64,000 nucleotides of DNA, from positions 3,541 to 67,540 of the forward strand of contig JAAOMT010000772.1 of NCBI GenBank assembly GCA_016748015.1, given 5' to 3'. A model generated the notes under the pieces. The model worked only from the letters and a program-made list of their open reading frames with translations, made no database searches and was not told the origin of the DNA. Positions 26,862 to 41,675 of this stretch are shown one piece after another. The stretch comes from Geosiphon pyriformis uo1. Taxonomy: Eukaryota; Fungi; Glomeromycota. Every line of letters begins with the position of its first letter. Within the stretch, counting starts at the first letter, position 1. Made by a program: the position numbers and the translations under genes.

Positions 26862-28536
26862 TATTTGTGTATGTGAGCTATTTTTTCCAAACTAATCAAG
26901 TGTAGTCATTAGAATCTAGTAGTGTTTTTTCACCTTTCTGGTAAGCTAACAAAATAATGTTAATATTCAATCCTAAGAAAAGCTTTCTTTTTTTACCAGA
27001 CTATTACAAAGTCTATTCCCAAACAGTCAATTTTTCTATGTTGCTGTTCTATAAGAAAAACAAAATAAAAAATAAAAAAATAAAAAAAATAAAAATAAAA
27101 ATTAGAATTATTAATTGTCATGATCAAAAACAATTAGTCTAAGTTATAATAGTTTGAGGCTGTTTTATGCTAAAAGCATTTGGCTAAGAACAAAGATAAG
27201 AACAAGATTAATTTATCTAAAATGCATAAATATAAAAATCATATAGATGTGAATTTTAAATTTGTTAATATTTTTTTTATTTTGGTAATATAAGATATAA
27301 AATATAACAAAAAATATATAATAAATATAAATAGAAAAAAGTTTATTCTTGTCTATTTATCTGTTTTTTTATCTTTTATAACTACTCTCTTTTATATATT
27401 TCTCTTAGTTCTACAAGACTGTTTTTAATTGTTTTATTATTGCTAATTATTATTTGCTATTTTTGTTATTGTTTTGTTTCTCTATATTATTATTAATTAT
27501 CCTTATTATTTTGTGCTATATCATATTATTATATTTTGTATTGTATTATTCCGAATTATTTTGTGTTATTTTATGTTCTTTTGCATTATTTTGTATTATT
27601 ACGTTTTGATCATATTTTTTCATAATTTGAATTGGTTTTTCTATTTAGATAATATTAGTTTTTTGTATTTGCTATTGAGTTAGTGGTTAAAGATGTTTTA
27701 AAGAAAAATAAAAAACTCTGATTGGTTCTGTAGGATATGTATAAAGCATATAACTTAATTAGTTGACACTATTTAAGAACTAGCTTGCAGTAGATCAAAA
27801 TATGTAATAAATTTATCAGATTTTTTGACAGTATACACAAAAATAGTGTCAATAAATTAATGACTAATTTTGGTCTTTCAGGCAGTTATAAAGTTCACAA
27901 TAAATTAAACCAAAATGAAGTTTTTTCACTCTTTTTTTGGAAAATTTTTTATAATCTATTTTTGTGTAAGATTAAAAAACATAAACAGTTGTGTAAGTAT
28001 CAAATTAATACTAAGTTTGTAACAAAAACTGGCAGGATTGAAAACAATAGTGAGATGTCTTCTTTTTTTACAGCTGGTGTATTTGTTAATAATACAATTT
28101 GGATTGAAAATAGTCAAATTTCTATACAGTACACTTTGAACATTGTTAATAAGTTTTTTATGATCAATAATATTTTGATTAACAATAAGAAAATAGTGGC
28201 TATTTTTATTAATTAGAGTATTAGAGTTGTTTTTTTGAATATTAGTAGTTAGCTTATTTCAATTGCCAAAAAAAACAAAACACATAAATATCTGAGGATT
28301 TTTTGTCAACCAAAGAATTATTTAAGCCAAAGTTGTAATACCACAAAACTATTTTTCTGTGCTTTATAACCAAAGAACTTTATGGATAAATTCACATCTA
28401 TTAAAAATTTTTCAAAGATTGATAACACTAATATACCAAATAAGTTTATTAAAAGAAAACCTTTAAAAGCTTCCTAAAAGCCCAAATTTTGAGCACCAAA
28501 TATTACTATCATATACCATCAAATTTATTCATAACA
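26862..28536. mobile_element. Solo LTR of Ty3 family A, split by an inversion: 5' part 26862-27654 (-), 3' part 28332-28536 (+)
   Basis: rc of 26862-27654 aligns to LTR 52375-53260; 28332-28536 aligns to 53265-53457 and ends CATAACA. 4-bp TSD CTAA (rc of 27655-27658; 28537-28540). Confidence 0.88.
27655..28331 (+). pseudogene. Inverted RT segment of the minus-strand LINE
   Basis: FAIELVVKDVLKKNKKL*LVL*DMYKAYN ... AGVFVNNTIW ... exactly fills the RT gap between 28537 and 26861. Confidence 0.88.
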
Positions 28537-30903
28537 CTAAGTAGATATACTTTTTAAAATTAAAAAATTATTATCATGAAGAACACTAAACTTGCTATAT
28601 ATAGACAAGATCTGATCAGATAGAACCTTGAAGAGAACTTTTCTGGCAGTCTTGATTAAAGCAATAAATTAAGTATTCATAAGAATTCTATTTTAATTAT
28701 AAGATTTAAAAATTATCAAGACTTAAGCTTTCTTTTATAAAACAAGCACACCATCAATAAACAAACATATATTCAACAAATCTAAAAAACACCTTGTCAC
28801 TTTATTGTCATTATGCTTTTAAAGTTTATTAAGAATACCAAACAAACCAGAAGTCTTGTCATTAAACAGATCATTAATTATCAAAAGCAATTTCTTTATA
28901 CCAATCTCTTTTATTATGCCAAAAAAAGCATAATCTTTTATATAATTCAATAGTACATATTAATAAGTCTAAAAATCAGGCATTGTTACAGACACAGTCT
29001 GCTTTTTTGTTTAACTCTTTATAATTATATTGATACTAAGCTTTATCTCTTTTGGTTCCAAAACCAGCTCATCATTTATTATCAAATAATCCAAAATTAT
29101 CTTGAGAAAAGACCAATCCAAAATGCTTTTAATCATATTACCTTTATTAGAACTAAAATCTTCCATGTATTTCTCAATTGTCTTCTTGATAAACACTTCT
29201 TTAACCAATCTCAATTTGTACATCTTAAACTTTTTGTACTTTTTATGAACTGATAATAAATATTTGATAATATTTATTGACTTTTTACCATTTTGCATTA
29301 TGTTTACAACTATGATAGTTTTATTTCCATTCAAAGTTAACATTTTTTAATAAAACAATCGAATTTAAGCATATTATTTAAGTTTAACTTCTTAACAATT
29401 TTGGCAATTAACAATTCCAATCCAAAAAACTTAGAAAACTGTCTGTTTTTTAAACATTAAAATTCACTAAACCAATGTTTTAAAAATATTTTATTAGCTA
29501 ATTCTACCATCACTTTCTTTGATAGCATTTATATAGCATCCAAGTTACTACAAGTTTTAGTATCTGAAAACTTATCTTTTACCATCAAAAACTTGACAGA
29601 AGAGTATTTCTTAAATTGTATCCACTTGGCACTATTTGCATTCTTAATTTTGAACTTTCAATGATTTTTATACACAAGCTATTTAAATAAATATTCAAGA
29701 ACCCACCCAAACCAATTGACACCAAAACAGTCTTGTAATTAATATTGAAGAATGTGAATACAGAATCAATTTCATGATCAATAACCAATAACAATAAGCT
29801 TTTACTAACAAAAATATAATTCAAGACTTTTTTAACACCTTTCAAATTGCTTTAGTTAAAGCTTTGACTAATAAATGACCATCAAATAAGTTGACCAAAT
29901 TCAAATTCAAACAAAACTTAAAACTCACTCTTTTTAGACCTATTTTTATTGAAATTTCTACTTAAAACGACAAAATTGCTGGAGTTAATATCTTTAACAA
30001 TAAAAAAGTTGACCTCTGAAGTCTAACCAAACCTAGTCTCAGTAAAAACACCAGCATACAAACCCAAAACTGTAACTGAAAACTTGTTTTTGAAAAAAAG
30101 CCATATTAAGACAATGTAATTAAGAATTTTTTCTATTTTGGAAACATGTCAAACCAAAGAATTGTTCATAACAATAACTACTCTAGCACCAAAAAAACTT
30201 TTTTCCAAACCAAATATAAAAATTTGTATTTCCTTAAACTTATTTACAATCTAAGGCTTAATACTAGACTTTAGCTTTATTTTTGTCATAAAAAAAACCA
30301 TGTTACTTGAATTTATATGCCAATGAATAATGTCTTCTTGCTTGACAAGAACATTAATACCTCTAATATTACAAGTAACAAATTTTCATACCAGGTTTGT
30401 TATTGAAAAGAGAAATCTTTTATACTCAAATTAAAATTGTCTATTTTAACTATTAAGTCTATAATTATAACTAACAGATTATTTATATTTTTTTCCAACT
30501 TTGAAATAAAAAATTAATCAAAAACCACTGTTTTTACAACAGTTCTACTACTAATAGCTGTATTTAAACTCTCACTTATTACTATATTCGACTTTTCCTT
30601 ATCACTATATTTACTCTTTGATTCTGTAATAAAAGAGTTATTAATGTCTAACATCTAAAGCTAAACTGAAAAACCATTGGTTTAAGTGTATCCAATTTCT
30701 TAGCCAGCTTATCAATTTGCTTTATAAAATTGGCAAAACTGTGCTTAAGAGTAGCAAACCTATTACTTACATCCAAAAAAACCAGTAGGAGAGATTTAAT
30801 ATCCGAAAATAAACTAGTACTAGGAAAAACTAAAGACACTATGCAAAAAATAGAACTATTAGCAATTTGAGTCCAGATTTTTCTACCAAAAAATACTGGG
30901 CAG

Positions 30904-31827
30904 TATTACTTATAGAAATTAGAAGTATTATATAATTAGAAGATTAACCAATCAGAAATAAACATAATAACAGAGAAATTACAAGATTTCAGAATTTCAG
31001 AATTCCAAAATTTTTTATAAAGAGTTGTAAAATTTCAGAATCCCAAAATTCCAGAATTCCTCTGAAAGAATTACAGAATTCCAGGAATCTTGTATAATAT
31101 TAACTATGTATATATAGCAGTAGTATTAAAAGCAAAAAAAGACAAAACTCAATTCAGTTTTAGTTTAGCATCCTCTTTTTTATCTATTAATTAACTCTTA
31201 TTTTATGGATAGTTAATATCAACTGAAAGGAATTTATTAGCAAGAATATCAAATAAAACATACTTATTATCACTTAATTCATGTTATTGTTACTTGTTTA
31301 AAAATCTAATCACTTTTTTATTTATTAATACTTTATGTTGATAATATTTTATACTTAATCACTCTAAAACAATAGCTCTTAATTATAGCTATTAATAGGA
31401 TACTAATTTCTTATTTTTTTTTCATTTTCTTTTATTTTTTTTTGTTGTGTTGATTTACTAATAGATTAAAAGAGATTATGTACTAAGCAATTAATATTAA
31501 CAAAACTGATAAAAGACTCAGGAATAAGAATAGACACTCAGAATTAAAGATAGCTTATTAAAGAACTAGCCACTAAGCTGAGAAAAAAATTGACAGAATA
31601 AAATCTTCTAGAAAGCTACAAATACCAAAGCATATTAACTTGAGGATTAAGAAAGAAACTAAAACATTATCAAAAAATATTATCATTGAATCTCTGTTTA
31701 TTATACTAAGAACTTCACCAAAACTTTTAAATACAAAAATTTTCAGATATTATTCAATCCCAAGCTATTGAGCACCAAGTTACAGATTTGTTATTTGTAT
31801 CAACACTCCAAATAATCACTTGTAACA
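30904..31827 (+). repeat. 5' LTR of B1 (924 bp)
   Basis: Homologous to 40045-40663 plus 50482-50699 plus 51687-51738, and to 51755-52374. Confidence 0.9.
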
Positions 31828-34800
31828 TTTGGGGCTTCTTGTAAGATATAATTTAACAGAGAACCAACACTAACAGCAACTATTTAAAACAGTAGCAAAA
31901 TCAAAAAAAACAGAGACAAATCACTTGGAATTCACAAAAGCTTTATTTCAATACTATTAAACTTACCTAAGATTAACAAATAACTATTGGCCAACAGAAT
32001 TTACTTTCAACTTTTATGTCAATAAAAAGATTAAGTTTCATTTAAAAAACCAAGAAAATTTAGAAACAGCACTTGACAATTTCTATAGTAAATTATTTCA
32101 AAGTACTACACTTCCACAAAACTATTTATTTACCCTAATAATTACAAAAATTAACAGAAAAATTGAAAAACACACTAAACAGCAATTTTCTATTACTTTT
32201 GTAGACAATAAAAAAAGAAAATTATAAATATCAGCAGAAATACTAAAAAAAATACAACCATCTACTTAAAAGAACCAAAAGATTATTTCATTTAGTCAAC
32301 TATCATACCATCATATCTTAAGAAATACCATCAACATAATATTAGCAAATATGTTCATATCAATTACAAAAACACTATTAGCTAGAATTTTATTTCAGAG
32401 TAAACAGAAAAAAGCAAAACTATTAAAAACCTACAGCAAATATTTTGAGAGATTTAATTTATAACCAACAACTCCATCAAAATATTGATTATCATTACTT
32501 CAACTTGATTTTGAAGCTGCTAATTCTTGGGAAATAACCAACTCAAAAGAAAAAAAAAAAGAAAATCAGAAATTTAATTATCAAAATCCAATCTTAAAAA
32601 ATCTGAAAATTTAAACTCTGATTGTTTAAACTTCACAAAATCAGAACAATCTAAATCTCATTTCTATTGTTTTTCAAAACTTACCTTTAGTAATTATGAT
32701 CAATCTACTACCAATTGCACCAATTGCACTAATTGCTGAACAGCAACAATAGCTGCAACTACTATTTCAACAATAGTTTCAACAACAACAATTACAACCA
32801 TTACTTGTACTAATAACCTATGTACCAATCACAAAACTTGAGAAATTTACTGGCAAAAAAAGTGATGTGTAAGTTTGGTTCAACAATGTGGAAAAAGCCA
32901 TTACAGCTAATAAATAGGATGATGTTAAAACATTATAAGCAATCTTATAATTTCTTTAAGATACTGTTAACTCATAATATTAAAGCTTAATTCAGAAATC
33001 CCAAGACTTTAATGCATTCAAACTGGAATTTTTAAGATATTTTAGTAATAATAATAGCATCAATTGCTTAGCAAATACTTTTACAACCATTAAACAAAAA
33101 AATACTGAAGCAATTACCACTTATTTGGAACACTTTCACTGAAACCTGTAGCAAATACAAGCCATTGACACAAATTATTTTACTGTGCCACAAATCTTAA
33201 ACCAATTTATTCATAGTCTGTACAATAGTTTTCTATAATATATATATCTAATGCACTCCCAAACACTCTAAAATACAGTTATATACACCTAAGATTTTAA
33301 ATCAGCTAAGTTAAAAGCCAACCATGCCCAAGCTGTAAATCTAGTAATAAACAGATTATCTGATTTGAATTCTAAATTGAAACAATTTAGTAATTCAATT
33401 AATTAAAAATTGGAAGAATACTTAGCTAGCAATTAGACAATTTATTAACCTTTACAATATCATGAAAATTCAAGAAATTTCAACCACATTCAACAACAGT
33501 CATGTCTTTCATTATCAAATCAACAATGGCAACTAGAAATGCAAAATTGTTATTACTGTAGTAAATAAGGCCATCTAAAAATAGATTGCCACTTTAAAAA
33601 AAATAATCAATAATTGGGAAATTAATATCAGAATTCTGATTGCAGATTTTAAATCCAAACTATACCAGTAATCAATTACTAAAACAATACTAATACCAGT
33701 TGTATTATACTCAAATACTGCAGCCAATTTATCAGCCACCAATCTATTAAGCATTAACACTTATAATTTATTAACCATCTTAGTCCCAAATTATTTATTA
33801 GCTTCAACCAAATCAAAACCAAATCTAGAACCTACCTTAAAATAGAAGTCAAAAACTGAAAACTACTCAGATCTATCAAAATTGGTAATTGGTAATAGTA
33901 ATACACCAACTAATCTTCAATTTAGCAGTCTAGCAATTTGGAACATGGCAACCAAATTTAAAAACCAATTATGTTTAAAATTTAAATACCTAACACTATT
34001 TAAGTCTTTTGGTATTTTCAGAAATTGCCACACTCAACTTATCAGAAACCAATCAAACCATACTTACCAACAATATTCCATCTGTCATATTTACAAACAA
34101 TGCATTATTTGTAGCCATATTTCTTTTTAAACTGGAAAAACTAGCACCAACTTTTTTATTTAATAAAGCAGTTCTTAATACTAAACTCATTACTATTATG
34201 TATACCAATGTCAAAGTAAATGGCCACCCAATCAAATTAATTTTGGATAGTGATTCAGCAGGCAGTATTATTACATAACAACTTATAGACCAATTAGATT
34301 ACCAAGTTGATTATACTGCCAGTGTTAAAATTATAACAGCAGATGGAACAATAAAAACTTTAATTGATAAAATTAATGACTTTCTATTTAAAATCAACAG
34401 TATTATTACATTAATTAAGATATTAGTGATAGAAACCACACAGTACTAAGCTCTAGTTAATAATGACTGGTTGTTTAAGACCAGCATTATGTTTAACTGA
34501 ATCACTCAAGAGCTACAGCTTAGTCAAAATAGACAATACATGTAAGTACCAGTTACATGTAATTATTTCAAACCACAAACTACCCAACCACAGTCACTAA
34601 TTAAATTGAAGAAAAAAAAAACCAAACCTATCTGGAAAGCTTATCAAGTCTTATGGGCCAAAAAAGATTACAATATACTACTATTAATTCTGTTATAAGA
34701 CAACAAAGGAAAAGAAAGAGAAAAAAATAAACCACAAAACACCACTAATACCAGCAAAACTGCCAACAGTTAGCACATCTCATACTCAATAGACATAAAA

Positions 34801-37800
34801 AAAAATTACTCTATATTTCTCTCAAATATATCAACTGCAAGAAAAAGCTTTTATCTATGGAACTTGGATTGTACTAAACAAAAACTACTAGATTTATATC
34901 TGCTATTACTGCAAGTTATGCCACTGAAAGCATTTTGGTTATCCAAAATAACAAGAAAAATAAGATAATAAATCATGTCTTGCTTGTAAAGAAACACTAC
35001 TCAACAAAAAAATGTAGAATGATATTCTTAATTAAGAAAAAATATGTAATATATCATGTCAGTACATGATTTTGATAAGTGACTAAGTAAGCCAAAGAAT
35101 GCTTTTTAATACTGCATAGAACTGAGCACTATCATGCTTAGATGGCTATCCTCATAATAAAGACAAAATTTGGCAAATAACCAGTGCCAAAGTTAAAAAC
35201 ACATTGCTTAGTAAAATATTAGTAATCAAAAACAACTCACTAAAACCAATTAAGACTATTCTTATTCTTAATTCAAATGTATTTTTTGATATTCTGAACA
35301 ATTCAAAACAATTCTACAAACACTATCAAGACTTAACATTCATTAAAAAAGAGCAAAAGCAGTATTTAGAACAGTTAAATACAAAATTATGTAAATATTG
35401 CTTAATTTCTAGTAACTTTGATTATTGTGATAATTATGATCTTATTTACAATCTACTACTATACATAATCTATTTGATCTCAGAAGAAAAAAAACCAATC
35501 AGCAAGTACATATTGAAATCAGAATCAAAATTCAATCATGATTTAGACTCTGACAATAATGACAACAAAGATTTTTAATTCCATTTACTATGGCAACAAC
35601 AATGATGATTTAAATTCTGATTACAATTCTAAACAATATATTGCACTTCCAGATCTATTGATAGAGTAAGAACTAAAATGGTTTAGTAATAATAATGAAA
35701 ATATCATATCAGAACACATACATAATACTAATACAGGATTTGATCTAGGATATTCAGGAAAATATACCATAATATTAAAGTCTAATATACATATTTGTAT
35801 TAATTTGAAGATAGCATTAGAAATTCTAGCAACAACAATAGTCCAATTAGCATTCAGATCTAGTTTAGCAAAGAAAGAAATTAGCATTAGAGGAAAAATA
35901 ATTAACACAAGATATATAGAAAATATTATTGCAATATTACAAAATGAATTAGAAAAACCATATATAATTAAATCAAATAAAAAAATAACACAGACAATAT
36001 TCCTATTTTTGGTAAAAATAACTCAATTAGTGTCAATAGAAACAAGAAAAAAATTAAGAATTACAGCAAGAGAGAAAAATGGATTCAGATTTACAAGTAA
36101 AATAGACATATCAGTTAATATAACAGAGAAAAAACAATTAATAAAAGAGAAATTATCTTTACTCATTAACCAGTTTCTATTCCACCATATGACCAGTATA
36201 TATTAGTAATAAAAAAAAAAATAAAGGGCCAGTCTCAGATTTTTGAAGCAAAACCAACTATTTATAAATCAGAAAAAATTGGAATTACCAATCTCTATAT
36301 ACTGGCCAAAAACTGCAAATACATTAAAATTCCTATTTACAACATAACTGGAAACACTATCAAAATACCAAGTAGTATCACCATCAGATATTTAAGTACT
36401 AAAGTTGAGAACCAACTACCAAACACTATTCCAGATTTTTCATAATTGTATGGATATGTGGATATCACAAACAATATACAAATAAGAAGAATATTATTTG
36501 CTTCAACCAGAACAATTGGATCAAATAAACTTAAAAAATTTAGATTCACTACAACATATATAGCTCAAAATATTATTCAACAATTTTATTACCATATTTG
36601 CCAGTAAAAATGAATTTAGCAGAACTGACATCATCTAATATCAAATTAAAACTGAAAATATTATGCCAATCAAACAATAAGCATACTGAATATTATCAGC
36701 AAACCATAAAATTATCTGACAAAAAATCAACAAAATATTAAACAACAAATTAATTCAACTATTAATAAGTTTATAGTTATCATTAGTAATATTAATTTGA
36801 AAGAAAAATAAGAAAATCTGTTTTTGTGTGAATTACAAAAAGCTTAACAGTATTACTTATAGAGACAGTTATTTAACTCCATAAATTCAAGAACTATTCA
36901 ATGCATTTGAAAGAAAGAAATAGTTTTCAACATTGGATCTAGACAGTAGTTACTGACAAGTAACCATGAATTCAACTAACAAAGAAAAGACAGCATTCAC
37001 AACCAGAGAAGAAAACTTTGAATTTAATATTATGTTATTTAATTTAATGAATGCTCTAGCTACCTTCTAATAACTTATAGAAATTGTTTATACTAGATTA
37101 TTATAAAAATCAGTAGTTGTGTATTTAGATAACACCAATATATTCTTAAAAACATTTAATAATCATCTTCATTATTTTTAATAAATATTTAAAAGATTAA
37201 GAAAAGCTAAACTTAAGTTAAATACTACAAAATGTTTCTTTGAAAAAACTGAACTCAAGTTTTTGAAACATGTTATAAACAAAAATGGCATTAAAACAGA
37301 TTCAAATAAAATTAAGATAGTCAAAAACTTTCTAGTATCAACAAATCTTACAGAATTAAGAACATTCTTGAGATTTGCTGAATACTATTACTATTTTATC
37401 CAGAATTTTTCCAAATTGGCCCAACCACTTTATTAGCTATAAACCAAGAATGTCAAATATAAATAGACTAAAACCCAACAAAAAACTTTTAACATCTTGA
37501 GAAGAAAGCTTATTTAAACACCAGTATTGATTTATTCAGATTACAACAAGCTATTTATTATTATTACTAATATATTAGGTCAAGCATTGGAAGCAGTATT
37601 GTCACAAAAAAGACTAGATAAAAAAGAACATATACCAGCCAAAGTTTAAGTCTAGCTGAAAAGAACTATAGAACTTCAACACTAAAACATTTAGCTATTT
37701 ATTGAGCTGTTATAAAATAAAATAAAAATATTTGAGTCAAAAGTTCAATATATACACTAATCACAAAGAATTGACATTAATCCAAAAGCAAAAATTTGGA

Positions 37801-37946
37801 AACAACTGCTATACAAGATAAAAAATAAAACTATTACTATTTAATTATATTGTATATAATAAAAAGGGAAAAAAAACAGAAATGCTAACAGTTTGTCACA
37901 AATAAAACAAATCTAAAAATATTTCAACCCAAAAATATAACAAAAA

Positions 37947-39321
37947 ATGAATCCACAAAAATATTAACAACTTCAACATTATATTAATATTCAATAGTTC
38001 AAGAAAAAATTATCTTAAAAAGAACAAAACAACATAAAATAACAATCAAAATATTTTATTATTTACCAAAATATATTATACTGAAAAAACAGAAAATATT
38101 TAGATTAGCCACTCAAAGTAATCACAGAACCAGAAAAAAAAACAATACTATTTAACATGTATTTAGATTTAACAGCAGAACATTTTCATAAAAAAACAAC
38201 CATAAAAAAAACAAAAAAAGATATTATTAGTCATCTATATATTCAGACATTATTCAATATGTTCAAAATTGTAATACTTGTCAAAGAAAAAAAAGAACAA
38301 GACTCAGTAAACCACTAAAACCAATTAAAGTAAAACAACTATTTAATTGAATTGGAATTAATTTAGTTGGATCATTAACAATAACCAGTAGAGGCAATTT
38401 TTATATAGCAGTAATTATAAACTATTTCACTAAATGGCCAGAAGCAAAAGCGATTCAAAAAACAAATGTGAAATTTGTAGCCAAATTTGTTTACCAAAAT
38501 TTGATTTGTCAACATGAATGTTCAAAAAAATTATTATTAGATCAAGAAACTCATTTGTAAACAAAATATTAACAGAATTAAGTTAAAGATTTGGAATTAA
38601 AAGACCATTATTATTATTATATTATTTATAAACAAATGGCTTAGTGGAAAGATTTAACAGAACATTATGTGAAGTAATAACAAAAATCAGCCAAAAAAAC
38701 TAGAATGAATGAAATTTGTTTATACCATCAGTATTATTTGCTTATTAGATAATAAAGCAAGATACAATACAAACAATACTATTTAAACTTGTTTATAGTA
38801 GAACAACAATATTACTAATTAAGATAGACATTAACATATATCCAACAGAACCAATAACAGAAGCCAACTTCTAAAGAACATTGCTAAAAAGAATATACAA
38901 GTTAATAGAAACATTGGAAAACAAAAAACAGTTAATAACATTCAAAGATTACAAAAAAAACAAAAAAAATGACATAATAATCAATTACCAGATAAACCAG
39001 TTGAATTCAAAATTGGAAACAAAGTACTTTTATATCGTACTAAAGCAAAAAAACAATGGAATAGAAAATTTAACTCCAAATGGAACAGACTATTTCACAT
39101 TGAAAAAATTCTAGGAAATGAAGCTTATAAACTAAGATAAGACAACAAAATCTTAGCTAAAGCAATACATAGAAATTAACTAAAATTATACCACAATATA
39201 GCATTATTATTTACCAATAATATTTTACAACTGGGAATACAAAAAATACTAGTCAAACCAAATAAGATTCTATGAGATTTGGAACCAATTATTATCATTA
39301 AGACAAACATATCAAATTGAT
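37947..39321 (+). pseudogene. B1 integrase, separately initiated
   Basis: MNPQKY start; AEHF..CNTCQ (zinc-binding); IGINLVG, YFTKWPEA, LLDQETH, TNGLVERFNRTL; GPY/F-like C-terminus; no chromodomain seen. Confidence 0.85.
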
Positions 39322-39375
39322 CTATTATAACAGTATATAAAAAATCAGCATGCATAATAAAAAACAACAAAAAAA

Positions 39376-39995
39376 ATGAAAATTACTAACAACATCTACT
39401 TATTTGCACAACAACTATTACAATTAATTTAACAACAAGAATCAAGCCTGAAAGTTACCATCAATAAACACATAATTCAATACAAAAACAAAAAAATAAC
39501 ATGAAAAGACCAAACTAAAGAGCAATATTCTAGACATTACACTTTTAAGAACACTATAGATAAGATAATGAGAAAAATAGAAAAGACACTGGAAGATCCA
39601 AGAATACTAATACCAGAAAAAAATTGATCTTAGAAAATTAAAACCAATAAATACAATGAATTCCAAAGAATTTTTGTTACTATTAGTTAGAACAACAATT
39701 AAGCATTAAAAACTTATATATTGACAAAACAAGAAAAAAATTTGATTCAATTCAATTACAATAAATTAAACAACTTGTTAGAAAGAACAATATATTTACA
39801 TATATAAGAGCTATTTACCAACTATAGATAAAATTTCGAAACAGACCAAAAATATTACTGCACTTAATAATAAATACTATAATTATTAATTAATTGAAAA
39901 ATTTAATCAATGCCCAATTTGAAAAATTGCAGACCAAAATTATAAAAGCAATTCTGAAAAAAAAGTTATAGAGTTAATTCAAGAAAAAAATCTAA
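39376..39995 (+). pseudogene. B1 additional 3' ORF (ORF3), unknown function
   Basis: MKITNNIYLFAQQLLQLI...IRAIYQL...IENLINAQFEKL, similar to C1 ORF3. Confidence 0.55.
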
Positions 39996-41675
39996 AAAGT
40001 TTAAAAGATTTTGATAAAGCTTAATATTAAAAAAAAGAAAATAATATTACTCATAAAAATTAAGAATATTATAATAAAAAAAATAACCTATTAAAAATAA
40101 GTATAATAATAAAAAAATTCCAGGATTCTTCTAAAGAAATTGCAAGATTTCAGAACTTCAGAATTTTAGAATTTTTAGTAAAAAATTGCAAGATTCCTCT
40201 AAAAAAATCACAAAAATTCCAAAAATCTTATATAATACCAACTATATATATATGGCAGTAGTATTAAAAGCAAAAAAAAAAGAATTCAGAATTTGGTTCA
40301 GTTCTAATTTAGCATTCTCTTTCTTACTTATTAATTAACCTTCACTTTAAGAATAATTAATATTTACTGAAGTAAATTTATCAACCAAATATTAAATAAA
40401 ACATACTTATTATCATCCAATTCATATTATTGTTGTTTGTTTAAGAATCTAATTACTCTTTTATTTATCAATACTTTATATTGATAATATTCAATACTTA
40501 ACTATACTAAAACAATAGTTCTTAATCATGACTATTGACAAGATATTAATTTTTTATTTTTTTTTGTTGTATTGATTTACTAATAGATTAAAAAAAATTA
40601 AGTACTAAGCAATTGACATCAACAGAACTGGTAAAAGATCCAAAAATAAGAGTAGATACTCAATGTTATCAGAGGTTTTTGGTCTCTTTTCTTAAATGTT
40701 GTTGATGCCTGTTTGCTGTGAATTCACGTTTTCTGAATGTGGTTGAACCTCCAGTAACTGAATTTATCTTCAAATTATCTCCTATAATTTGAACTACTGG
40801 GCTTATAAGTGGAATGGCCAATTCCATGCCAGTTACTTATGTAGTTACATTGTAGTAAACGTCAACTCTTTCCCAGAAATCGCTTATCTGGGAGCTCACT
40901 AAAAATGTGTAGTTACTTTGCTGTGAAAGTCAACTTTTCTACAAGAATCTCGTCTATAGGCTACCTAAATGATGATAATAAGAAAAAAAAGAGAAAAATA
41001 AAAGAATGTAAAAGAAAGAAAATTTTGTCAAGGGAAACGTTTTCTATTCAGACCTGGAGTTACTAACAGTTTACTAAAATTGGTAGCTAATTAATTTCAA
41101 AATGTTAATTGGGTTTTGAGAATTTTTAAGTGCAATAATTAAGGAAGTTGATTTTTGAATTATTTGATTTTTATTTTATTTTTTTTTTTGTGAAAACAAT
41201 TCTAATTAATAAGTCTCAAGTAAGATATTTAAAGGTAAGGATACATTTTCTCAAAGAGAGAAGCTTTTCTTTTATACAACTTGTTGTAGTACTAGTCTAT
41301 GAACTTGAACTATTTTCTTTACTATAGTTTTGATGAACTAAAGATACCTTTCAGCGAACTTACAAGTTATTTCTACTATTGAATATTTTGGTGAACTATT
41401 AATTATTTCTACAAATTTCTACAAATTTCAGCAAACTCTTGAATATTAAATAGTTTGGGGTATTATGTAATTTGATCATTCTAATTTCTATAATACAAAT
41501 CAGGTTATTAATTGATTGATAATATTCATAATTTAATTAAATAATAAGTGATAATTTGAACAATAATATATGCTAATTTAATGATAGAAATTATAAAAGT
41601 AATATTATGTTAATTAATATCTTAAGTTTTAGTTGGTAACATAACCTCTTTCTCAAGACTAAGCTCTGTCAAAGT

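Larger units (their letters stand above)
24610..30903 (-). mobile_element. Heavily eroded LINE (ORF2 plus the 3' part of ORF1), interrupted by a solo LTR, an inversion and Ty3 element B1
   Basis: Minus-strand ORF fragments (25213, 25752, 26209, 29011, 29585, 30648) are colinear with the 15-21 kb LINE. ORF2 start (ATG>ATA) at 30403 reads TNLV*KFVTCNIRGI. Tail motif at 24690-24750; T-run at 24610-24620. Confidence 0.9.

Noticed and set aside
39050-39330. Chromodomain at the integrase C-terminus
   Set aside because: Only a GPY/F-like segment and a short Pro-containing tail; no chromodomain aromatic pattern in B1 or C1.
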